Source: Amoebophrya sp. A120
Taxonomy: Eukaryota; Protista; Dinoflagellata
Direction of reading: 5' to 3'
Length of the DNA stretch: 64,000 nt
Assembly: GCA_905178155.1 (NCBI GenBank)
Contig: CAJINV010000015.1
Location: 124,001 to 188,000 of the forward strand
Below, piece by piece: positions 1 to 12,000 of this stretch; within the stretch, counting starts at the first letter, position 1; the number at the start of each line of letters is the position of its first letter. A model generated the notes under the pieces. The model saw only the letters and a list, made by a program, of their open reading frames with translations, searched no databases and was not told where the DNA came from. The position numbers and the translations under genes were made by a program.

Positions 1-3000
1 ACGCAAAACTGACCAGACAGTTGTACCAGCATCTCCCCCCGCAGCACCCGGCTGCCCAAACGTTCTCCCAGCCGCTCCGGAGCTTGGCGCCGGAAGATCC
101 GCGGCACTTTGTGGCCCGAAAGACATCGGCACCCCCGGCTGGTAACTCGCGGCCTCTTGGTACAACTCTTCTTTAGTTGTGCTGCCCAGCTTTTTGTCTA
201 CACTTTGCGCCGCTCCTTTCAGGTCACCAATATTCACTTCTTGGATTAAATACTGGAAATCTTCCATTTCTAGCTCCGACAGTTGATCTCTATTCTCGTG
301 AATCAGATCTGCCATCATGACGCCGAATTCAGCTTCTTCCAGGAGCTCCTCGCCCGAGCGGCAATCCTGTTCGCATATGCATTGCAAATATGTCTGGGTC
401 TGGAAACTTGTGATGCAAGTCCCTAAACAATAAGTGCTCTCCTGTAATGCGCCACCAAGCATGACAAGTTTTTTCGTGCTTCTGTGCTGCGTACTTCGCA
501 TGAGCAACTTCGCTTTTGTATGACAGGCAAGAGGGCCTCTACTTGGTGGCCACGCAATACAGAGTGCAGAGTCATGCCAGCCTAGCATGACAAATCTCAA
601 AATCTTCCAGACCCAGACACTTTTACATTTGATATCGCAGTTCGCATTGCCAATCTGGTCCATCGCATCCACCCGGTCTTGGTACTGCTGCTTTCGCACC
701 TCAGATAAAAAGAACTCGTCACTCGCCAGATTTTCCAAGTTCTGGCCAGCATCTTGTTGCTGTTCTTTTTCCATTTCTCTCTCCACAACGTTCGTCACGG
801 TCTCGACCTGTTTCTCGCTCCAGTAACTCTTAAAAAACCCGCCCACGCGCTTCAAAGACCGAATGCCTTGAAAAAATTTTTGCTTCATGCGGCACATGAA
901 CCCCGGTTTTTGGTCTCGTTGTGACGATGATGTTGATGTGGTCCCAGAGGCTCGAAAAGATCCACTGGGAGCGCCGCCGGCCGTGGTGAGCAGGGCTTGT
1001 TGCATCAAATCCGCTTGAGGACCCGCTTGCGCTTCGGAAGTAGAACCAGGAGGACTATCACCAGCAGCGTTCGTCGTGTGCTGCCATTTGTCCTTCTTCC
1101 GGCCCTTCAATTGCTGCTCCCACACGTTCGCTTGGTCGCAGTTCACGGCTTTGAAGTCCCAGGAAACGTACTTGATCTTATTGCTGGGAGGCGGCTCAGA
1201 AGAAGCCCCCTTAGTAGATGAAGTTTTCCCGAGGGCGCGCCCAGTACTCACGAACGCCGTCGCCCTCGCAGAGCGTCGCTCGCGCTCGGTTTTCGGGATT
1301 TCAACGGGTGGGTAGAAAATTGCTTCACCTTGACCGACTGTGCTTGCGCGCAGGTTGCCCTCTGTACCTGCTTGTCCTTCCATGAAAATGTCTTCACCGG
1401 CACCTCCACTATCCGCGTCTCTGTAATTTTCTGGCGCATCATTATTCGGTTGGATCCGTGACCCGTAATCCCAGGCAGAAATGCGCACAACGCACTGGTC
1501 TCGGGCTCGCCCGGACAAGATTTCCACGTGGGTGTCATGCTCCAGAAAGATACGGAAGGGGTGCTGCTTCGCTTTTTGAATCTCCCAATAGTTTCTCATA
1601 TCAAAATCGAATTGGTTCTCAAAATTGAACACGAGCTGGTTCTGAATCAGTTCGGCATTCACTGTGTTCAGCAATTTCGACGGCTTTAAAAAGTTGCTTT
1701 CACCCTTTTTGCCCCCCGCGTTATCCTGCGTTTTGAAGATCTGCGGAAGCCCTTTTTTGATGAGTTTCGCCATCCCTGCCAGAACACCAGAACTGGTAGA
1801 AGCCGATGCATTATCATAATCTTCTTGATCGCTGGAGGCGTCTTCGAAGCGTCTGTCCTCTTCTTCCTGCATCATTTGCGCTTTTTCCTCTTCCCACTTT
1901 TTCTGCAATATCAGCCGCTGTCTGTCTTTCTCGTCCTTCCACGCTTGTGGCAGCGAGCCGCTTATGAATTGCAAAAGTATCGTACTCGTACTAATTGCAA
2001 TCTTGCATGACAGACCTACCTTTTTACCTGAGTTAGCATTACAAATCCAGTTTTTCTTTCTGATAAAATTTGTAATGCAATTTATACTAGTACGATACTT
2101 TTGCAATGCATACCGCTATCTTCCTGCAGTTCCAGTCTGCCCTTGTACCACAACTCAAGGCATGGATTGTAAAAATGTCTGGGTCTGGAAGAATGCAACT
2201 TGTGATGCTACTTTTGGAATGTAAAAAAATCTGTATTGCATGAGCAGCAAGAGGCGCCCAGTTTTTGCTCCGCGGAGAGGGCATTTGTCATGCGGAATGC
2301 GCATCAAGATACCCACAGAAAATTTGTGATGCTGGGGCATACATCGCAGACATCACGGGTCATACAAAATGTGCATGGCAAACCTTGCAGCCTTCCAGAC
2401 CCAGACATATTTGCATTTGATACAAGGGGCTGATGTGCTCTTGTCTCAACATGATCCGCTCCTACTTCCATAGAAGAAGTACCCGCACTTTGTAGTTCAA
2501 CATCCGCGTCGACAAACTGAAAGAGCAAAGCGCTCAGTTTCCCCTCCCTATTCGTCTTGTACCCGAGTTCATAGCCCGATCGGAACCCCAGACTGTGTCC
2601 CCCAGAGCTGTACTGCTTGAAATTGTGGGGGAGAAACCGGTTGGAAACCGTGTGGTAGGACCCGTACATCGGTTTCATGTGCGCTTCGATCTGCACAAAT
2701 CGGTCGATTGCTTTGGAATAGCGCAACAGAATCTCCTTCTCCCGGATTTGCTCTTGCAATTCATCCCAGAACTTTTGCTTCCGCGATTCTACTATCAACT
2801 GCAAAAGTGTCTGGGTCTGGAAGAATGCGCGATTTGTCATGCAGCTTTTCCATGACCCATGAGGTCTGGAATGCAGGAACGAGCATGACAAATTCTGTGC
2901 GATCTCTCTCATGCCTATCCTGCATGAGAAACTCCCTCCTGACTTGGTCAAAACTGGACGACTTTTGGTAATCACGCAACACAGATTTTTATTTTGCATG

Positions 3001-6000
3001 TTTCAGATCTAGCATGACAAGTTGCATTCTTCCAGACCCAGACACTTTTACATTTGATATCTACTTCCGCATTTATTTGTTTGCCGTCCTCGTCCGGCGC
3101 ATCAAAATACTCGTTTTGCAAGAACTCCTCGTGAGAGGATTTCAGGTAATTCTTCGGGTCTACAAACTGCTTGTATCGAGTGTATTCTATCTCTTGGTCG
3201 ATAGGGCAATCGTTTTCACCTGTTCTTTGTGGTGGAAAAAAGTGGCCATCCTCTAGTCGCTGAGCTGCTGGAGCTGGTGCAGTACTTCTTGCCACGTCTC
3301 CGAACTGCTCTCTTTTCAGCTCTTCCACCCGCTTTCGCAGAACTTTCACCCACTGCGCCGCCACGTGCTCGGACGGCGCGGTAAAAACGAACGTGGTCGG
3401 CTGGCTGCGGTTTTCGTCTTTTTCACGAGCCAAGAATTCTTTTTTTCCACCGAACAGAGGTTTATCCACGTACTTCTCCCCACTAATCTCGTGGAAGGTC
3501 AACGTCGTTTCGTCAACGTAGCCCGCGACGTTCCAAAAGGTGTCATCAGTATTGGCTCTCTGTCTACTTTTCGCGCTATCAAGCCGCTCCTTCCTTAGGC
3601 GAATCTCTGCGCTGCCGCGCTCCGGTACCCCAAGTTGCGCTCGCGCGGACAGGGATGCATTTCTTACCGCAGCTTGTCCTTCAGGGTGGTTTATTTCTGG
3701 TGCTCTTCCCAGCATGGGAGTATTCCTTTGATCATCACTTATTTCGTGCGGAGGATTCGCGTCCACCAGTCCCTTCGGGCCACTATTCTGGCACATCTCT
3801 TCCCAAATCCAATTGGAGAAGGTTGTTACTGCAAACTGGAATTTGTTTTCCAAATTTGCGTAGCGTTCCTCGCCCGCCACAACTTGCCGACCACCACCAC
3901 GCGGTTCTTGAAAAGCCTCAATGACGGTGGTGTGCTCCAGAAAAATTTCCTGCTGCTCGTGGTCTTCGAAACTTGCGGGGGAAAAGGCTAACTGCAGAGA
4001 CTCGGGTATCCTAAGTACAAACGTCCCCACCCCAGAGTTGTATTTGTAATGCGAATCTGCATGCTGGAGCTGGAAACGTTTCCCATGCGGAGCCCCATGA
4101 GAAGCATTGCCTAGTCGTGTTTCGGAATTTCTCATGCTTTTCAATAGGCGTGATATGCTAGTAGATCTGTGATGCTTCGGAGCTAGCCAAACAGGATAAC
4201 AATACGAAGCCAAACTCGTCGTTGTCATGCGCCACAACCAAAGCTAGTAAATTTGTGTGGCAGACTTCCCTTCTTGACTATGGGGCTCGGATGTTTTTAC
4301 AAAGGATATCGGGGTCGCTGTTGTCATGGTCCTCGTTCGTCCATTTTAACTGGTCATATCACACGGAAAAACACAGGCAGGTTAGATTACTATTTGAACT
4401 GCAGCAACTGCCCAAAAGTGATCACTTGGGGGGTGTTCCGGGGTCTGTTCCGACCCCTGCTCCGTGTTTGAAACACGAGCTAACTCGGCAAAAACGTCCT
4501 GCACCCTCCAAAACATACCCCGGAACCGCCTCCGCAAAAGTGACACCCGACCCCGGAGGGTCACTTTTCGAGAGTCGGGCCCGACCCCGGACCTGACTGT
4601 CGGAAAGTGGCATCCGGGGTGTGGTCTGGGGTGTGTTTTGGGGTGTGTTCTGGGGTATGTTCTGACCCCTGTTCTGGGGTATCACATCAGACACGACCTG
4701 AATCGGCACAAACCTTCCTCCTGCGCACCCCAAAACATACACCCCTCCTGACTCCGGAAAGGATACACCCGACCCCGGGTGCCGCTTTTCAAGAGTCAGC
4801 CAGGCCCGACCCCGAGCACGACTGCCGGAAGGCGCGGAGCCTTCAGGGCCGCGTAGCGAGCCAAATGCGGGGCGCACACAGCCAGCCTACAGGGCCGTAG
4901 CCTATTGGCGGGGCGTAGCCTACGGAGCGTAGCCAACAAAGCGAAGCCGTAGCCAACAAAGCCGTAGCCGACGGGGCGTAGCCTACCCTCGCTTGACCTG
5001 GCTATCCCGCCAAACAAGGGCAACAATCATTCAAACAAGGGGCGGGGCGACCGGCGGCGAGGAGCAAGGCCAGAGCCAGAAAACCTGCCCGCGCGCGCCC
5101 TGACTCCGCCGCCAAGGCAAGGCAACTAAAAACCACGGGGCGGGGCGACCTAAATAAGGCAAGGAGCAAGGCCAGAGCCAGAGGGCTTGCCTTCGTGCGG
5201 GCTGCGGGCTACGTCGCAAAACAGAGGCAACACGGGGCGGGGGGCGGCTGCGAGCAAGGCCCCCCCGCCCGCCTGTGGGCTCCGGCCTAGCCTACGGCCG
5301 TCGGATCTCCTTGACAGCCTCGAATCTCCTTGACAGCCTCGAATCTCCTTGACAGCCTCCAATCTCCTTGACAGCCTCGAATCTCCTTGACAGCCTCCAA
5401 TCTCCTTGACAGTCTTGCATCTCCTTGACAGCCTCCAATCTCCTTGACAGCCTCGAATCTCCTTGACAGTCTTGCATCTCCTTGACAGTCTTGCATCTCC
5501 TTGACAGCCTCCAATCTCCTTGACAGCCTCGAATCTCCTTGACAGCCTCCAATCTCCTTGACAGCCTCGAATCTCCTTGACAGCCTCCAATCTCCTTGAC
5601 AGCCTCGAATCTCCTTGACAGCCTCCAATCTCCTTGACAGCCTCGAATCTCCTTGACAGCCTCCAATCTCCTTGACAGCCTCGAATCTCCTTGACAGCCT
5701 CCAATCTCCTTGACAGCCTCGAATCTCCTTGACAGCCTCCAATCTCCTTGACAGCCTCGAATCTCCTTGACAGCCTCCAATCTCCTTGACAGCCTCGAAT
5801 CTCCTTGACAGCCTCCAATCTCCTTGACAGCCTCGAATCTCCTTGACAGCCTCCAATCTCCTTGACAGCCTCGAATCTCCTTGACAGCCTCCAATCTCCT
5901 TGACAGCCTCGAATCTCCTTGACAGCCTCCAATCTCCTTGACAGCCTCGAATCTCCTTGACAGCCTCCAATCTCCTTGACAGCCTCGAATCTCCTTGACA

Positions 6001-9000
6001 GCCTCCAATCTCCTTGACAGTCTTGCATCTCCTTGACAGCCTCCAATCTCCTTGACAGCCTCGAATCTCCTTGACAGCCTCCAACCTCCTTGACAGCCTC
6101 GAATCTCCTTGACAGCCTCCAATCTCCTTGACAGCCTCGAATCTCCTTGACAGCCTCCAATCTCCTTGACAGCCTCGAATCTCCTTGACAGCCTCCAATC
6201 TCCTTGACAGCCTCGAATCTCCTTGACAGCCTCCAATCTCCTTGACAGCCTCGAATCTCCTTGACAGCCTCCAATCTCCTTGACAGCCTCGAATCTCCTT
6301 GACAGCCTCCAATCTCCTTGACAGCCTCGAATCTCCTTGACAGCCTCCAATCTCCTTGACAGCCTCGAATCTCCTTGACAGCCTCCAATCTCCTTGACAG
6401 CCTCGAATCTCCTTGACAGCCTCCAATCTCCTTGACAGCCTCGAATCTCCTTGACAGCCTCCAATCTCCTTGACAGCCTCGAATCTCCTTGACAGCCTCC
6501 AATCTCCTTGACAGCCTCGAATCTCCTTGACAGCCTCCAATCTCCTTGACAGCCTCGAATCTCCTTGACAGCCTCCAATCTCCTTGACAGCCTCGAATCT
6601 CCTTGACAGCCTCCAATCTCCTTGACAGCCTCGAATCTCCTTGACAGCCTCCAATCTCCTTGACAGCCTCGAATCTCCTTGACAGCCTCCAATCTCCTTG
6701 ACAGCCTCGAATCTCCTTGACAGCCTCCAATCTCCTTGACAGCCTCGAATCTCCTTGACAGCCTCCAATCTCCTTGACAGCCTCGAATCTCCTTGACAGC
6801 CTCCAATCTCCTTGACAGCCTCGAATCTCCTTGACAGCCTCCAATCTCCTTGACAGCCTCGAATCTCCTTGACAGCCTCCAATCTCCTTGACAGCCTCGA
6901 ATCTCCTTGACAGCCTCCAATCTCCTTGACAGCCTCGAATCTCCTTGACAGCCTCCAATCTCCTTGACAGCCTCGAATCTCCTTGACAGCCTCCAATCTC
7001 CTTGACAGCCTCGAATCTCCTTGACAGCCTCCAATCTCCTTGACAGCCTCGAATCTCCTTGACAGCCTCCAATCTCCTTGACAGCCTCGAATCTCCTTGA
7101 CAGCCTCCAATCTCCTTGACAGCCTCGAATCTCCTTGACAGCCTCCAATCTCCTTGACAGCCTCGAATCTCCTTGACAGCCTCCAATCTCCTTGACAGCC
7201 TCGAATCTCCTTGACAGCCTCCAATCTCCTTGACAGCCTCGAATCTCCTTGACAGCCTCCAATCTCCTTGACAGCCTCGAATCTCCTTGACAGCCTCCAA
7301 TCTCCTTGACAGCCTCGAATCTCCTTGACAGCCTCCAATCTCCTTGACAGCCTCGAATCTCCTTGACAGCCTCCAATCTCCTTGACAGCCTCGAATCTCC
7401 TTGACAGCCTCCAATCTCCTTGACAGCCTCGAATCTCCTTGACAGCCTCCAATCTCCTTGACAGCCTCGAATCTCCTTGACAGCCTCCAATCTCCTTGAC
7501 AGCCTCGAATCTCCTTGACAGCCTCCAATCTCCTTGACAGCCTCGAATCTCCTTGACAGCCTCCAATCTCCTTGACAGCCTCGAATCTCCTTGACAGCCT
7601 CCAATCTCCTTGACAGCCTCGAATCTCCTTGACAGCCTCCAATCTCCTTGACAGCCTCGAATCTCCTTGACAGCCTCCAATCTCCTTGACAGCCTCGAAT
7701 CTCCTTGACAGCCTCCAATCTCCTTGACAGCCTCGAATCTCCTTGACAGCCTCCAATCTCCTTGACAGCCTCGAATCTCCTTGACAGCCTCCAATCTCCT
7801 TGACAGCCTCGAATCTCCTTGACAGCCTCCAATCTCCTTGACAGCCTCGAATCTCCTTGACAGCCTCCAATCTCCTTGACAGCCTCGAATCTCCTTGACA
7901 GCCTCCAATCTCCTTGACAGCCTCGAATCTCCTTGACAGCCTCCAATCTCCTTGACAGCCTCGAATCTCCTTGACAGCCTCCAATCTCCTTGACAGCCTC
8001 GAATCTCCTTGACAGCCTCCAATCTCCTTGACAGCCTCGAATCTCCTTGACAGCCTCCAATCTCCTTGACAGCCTCGAATCTCCTTGACAGCCTCCAATC
8101 TCCTTGACAGCCTCGAATCTCCTTGACAGCCTCCAATCTCCTTGACAGCCTCGAATCTCCTTGACAGCCTCCAATCTCCTTGACAGCCTCGAATCTCCTT
8201 GACAGCCTCCAATCTCCTTGACAGCCTCGAATCTCCTTGACAGCCTCCAATCTCCTTGACAGCCTCGAATCTCCTTGACAGCCTCCAATCTCCTTGACAG
8301 CCTCGAATCTCCTTGACAGCCTCCAATCTCCTTGACAGCCTCGAATCTCCTTGACAGCCTCCAATCTCCTTGACAGCCTCGAATCTCCTTGACAGCCTCC
8401 AATCTCCTTGACAGCCTCGAATCTCCTTGACAGCCTCCAATCTCCTTGACAGCCTCGAATCTCCTTGACAGCCTCCAATCTCCTTGACAGCCTCGAATCT
8501 CCTTGACAGCCTCCAATCTCCTTGACAGCCTCGAATCTCCTTGACAGCCTCCAATCTCCTTGACAGTCTTGCATCTCCTTGACAGCGCCGAATCTCCTTG
8601 ACAATCTTGCATCTCCTTGACAGCTTCCAATCTCCTTGACAGCCTCGAATCTCCTTGACAGCCTCCAATCTCCTTGACAGCCTCGAATCTCCTTGACAGT
8701 CTTGCATCTCCTTGACAGCCTCCAATCTCCTTGACAGCCTCGAATCTCCTTGACGGCCTCGAGTCTCCTTGTCAGGCTCGAATCTCCTCGACCCCCCTGG
8801 ACGGCCTCCAATCTCCTCGACAGTCTTGCGTCTTCTTTACAGCAAAACCGGGAAAATTTATTAGAAGGACTTTAGAGGCCGGGACCGCCCGGGCGTTTTC
8901 CACCTGACCGCCCCCATGGGGCGCGGCGCCGACTCCACGGGCGCCAGACCCCATGGGGCGCGGCGCCGACTCCACGGGCGCCAGACCCGCCCCTGTCTGT

Positions 9001-12000
9001 CTCAAACAAAGAAAAACCCTCCGCATCATGGGCAAGAAAAGCGACCGCGTGCGGCTCTTCTTCGCCGCAAGGTCGCAGCGCGGGGACTCTGTCCCCGCGC
9101 CATGGCCTTAGTTTGTAATGCAAAAGCGAACACGCAAAAAAATCTGTACTGCATATCCTAAAAAACAGCACGCGATGGGTCCGCCCATGACAGACCTTTC
9201 TGAGTATGTATTTTCGCATTACAAATGTGGCCCGCCTGCTTTTTTCTGTGGAATAGGTCAGCAGCGATGGCCAAAGTGTCACCGATCAAGACCGCGTAGC
9301 TAAAGCTACCATCAGATGAGAAAATATCCCAAAGACTTTATGATAAGGAAAAATCCCCCCTCCCCATATTATTGAATGAAAAGCTACGCTTCCGCAAATT
9401 TGTGTTGCTGCTTTGCGGTCACAAATCGCATTTGTCGACGCAAGAAGACAAGGGCAGAAGCTTCCGCCCCATGAGGGAAGCGATTTGTCATGCTGTTGGG
9501 CCTAAAGGGGAGCCGTTTGCCATGCTGAAAAACTAGACCCATGCGCCCCGTCCTTCCCTGGGGATCTGGCCGCAATGCCTCTCTGCAATACAAAGCTGAT
9601 TTGTGTACACAAATCCAGCATCAGAAATTCCGTTTTGATATGGGGAGGGGGGATTTTTCCTTTCGATAGAGTTGCTCTGCTTTGCCGCTGTATTTTCACC
9701 CGCACGCTGGACTGCATGTGCAGGAAAGAATTTGAGATGAGCGCACGGTAACCTCCCGCTCCGTCGGAAGATCGGTTGGTTCTTTCGTCTTCAACAAAGT
9801 CTTTTCGTTTGCCCCCATCGATTTTGTTCTCCAGATCCAAAACGGAAAGCCAAGGAATTTTTTTTTCGAAATCGACTTGCCGATCATGATCCCCTCGTCT
9901 CTCCAAGCTCCAGACCTTAATTGGCGGCCGCAAGTGGGTTTCAATAGGGATCCAGGGAAAGTACCTGTTCTGAAGTCGCGCAGTGGCAGCAAAATCGCTG
10001 GAAACTTCACGCCCCAAGGCCGCTTGTGCCGTTTCCTCCGGTTGCTCCTGCTCTCCTGCAAGACCGGCTGCTGGACTCGCGTCGGCCGGTGGGCTCTTCC
10101 TGGCCAGTGCTCTACTTCCTCCCTGTGCTCTCTTATCAAATGCAAAAGTGTCTGGGTCTGGAAGGATGCAAGGTTTGTCATGCACATTTTGCGTGACTCC
10201 TGATGTCTGCAATGCATGCCCTAGCATCACAGATCTTGTGAGGGCTTTCTGATGTTGGTGTTGCGTATACCGCATGAGAAATAATGCCCTCTCGCCGTGG
10301 CCAAAACCAGACCTCTTTTGCTGTTCGTGCAATACAGATTTTTAGATAATGCAGACGCGGCATCACAAGTTGCATATTTTCAGATCCAGACATTTTTGCG
10401 TTTGATATCTCTCATTGCTTGTCTTGTGCAAGTCTACCCGTTGCTGCAAGTCCTCATACCAGTTTCGTATCCTGAGGAAAAATGTCCCCACACCAGAGTT
10501 GTCATGCAGATTTGCAAGCACAGGAACATTTGTAATGCGCATCGCCAGGAGAAGCATTTTTAGTCGTGTTTTGGAATTTGTAATGCTGTGAACAGGATGA
10601 GCAGATGGATTTCTGATGCAGCTGGCCTTGCGAGCCTGCACTACACTACGGACTGCAACTTGTGATGCGTGACCCCCAAAAGTTCTAGGTTTGTATTGCA
10701 AAGTCCCCATCCTGACTCTGGTGTGGGGATGTTTTTACTCAGGACACTTCTGCAAGCGAGTTCACTCCGGCAAGCGAACTGCAATTTCGTCCGGATCTTG
10801 CTGTGGTTCAGGTGCACCTGCTTCAAAGTCCCGCGTCGCCGGTCCTCGGGGTCGTCATACGACCGCTTTGGCTTCGGCGAAACCGGGTCCGAGGTGTCCC
10901 CAGGTCGTTTCTCGAAGGGCATGTGAATGTCCGGGTAGTGGTAAAAGTGAATTTCCAAAATCTGCAGCTTGTGGGGCGGATCTACTTGTTTGTTTCTCGG
11001 GAGGTTTGTTACGGATGACCCAGTGGACGTCGGCGCTTTATTCGCAGCCGTTTTCGAGGCCGTCGTCACAGTATCTTTCACAGTGAAAAGGGACCCCGAA
11101 TTCTGTTGCATAGTACCTCCCGCCACAGAAGTTCTACCGCTAGAAGTACCACTGAAAAGCGGCCCGGTGGTCATAAAGGGGTCGGGGAGCAGGCGGACCT
11201 TTGTGGTAGATTCCAGCGGGATTTGCTGGAGGAGGTTTGTGTAGAAGTCAAACTTTCCTTCCCCGCTACCCGTCTCGCCGCGCCGACTTATATTCTCGTC
11301 CAGTTTCGCAATCCCCAGAGTGTTCTCCGCCAAAATTCCGTACACCAACCCGACTGAGAGATGCGCGTTCGTGACCTGGTCCGCGTTTCTATCTTCGTAC
11401 GGATTCTCCATCGCGTTCAGCCAAAACAGCTCGCCCTGGCGAATAATGGCGTGCTGCTGCGGCCGGAACAGCCACGCGCCGAAGATTTGGGGGTTGTCCA
11501 GGTTTTGATCTCTAGCGGGCAAATTCCACCAACTTTTTGGCGGAACCAACTGGTGTAACTGGACTACATGGTCGGTGAAAAGAGAATTATTACCGTTTTC
11601 ATCTTCTTTTCCACGAGCAGTGACTGCTGCGCTACCGGTTTTTCCTCCACTTGTTTCTATTTTCGGAAAAATCTCATAGTCATCCTGCATGTCTTTCCAG
11701 TAGGTCTTATACGCCGGAATCCAGTTGGCTTTGTCTGGGTTGCTCACACAATCATCCACCAGCGTCAGTTTCGCTTGCAGAATCCTTTGCTGAATCAAAG
11801 TCACCCAGTGATCTCGCTCCTCCGCGGACTGCGTCTCAAACAAGTAGTCGACTTTGGTCCGGTAAGCTCCAGTGTTCGGGCGAATGCGGTCGCTCCGCTG
11901 AAACTCCTTTGCATCGCGCTCCCCCTATGCGAGTGCTCAACTGCTGCTGCTCCTTCTCATTTGTAAAATGCAAAGCAAGGAAGTTGATTCATTCAGTTCT

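Larger units (their letters stand above)
4357..9255. mobile_element. Introner, family F, split by a 4.7-kb nested insertion
   Basis: TSD ggtca/ggtca. Halves 4357-4386 and 9112-9255 rejoin to 174 bp matching intact copies 39060-39234 and 39512-39684. Confidence 0.85.

Noticed and set aside
5150-8811. Three >1100-aa ORFs in all minus frames
   Set aside because: Artefact of a stop-free 19-bp satellite (period not divisible by 3) lying inside an intron
5305-8829. CRISPR-like array
   Set aside because: No unique spacers, no cas genes, eukaryotic context
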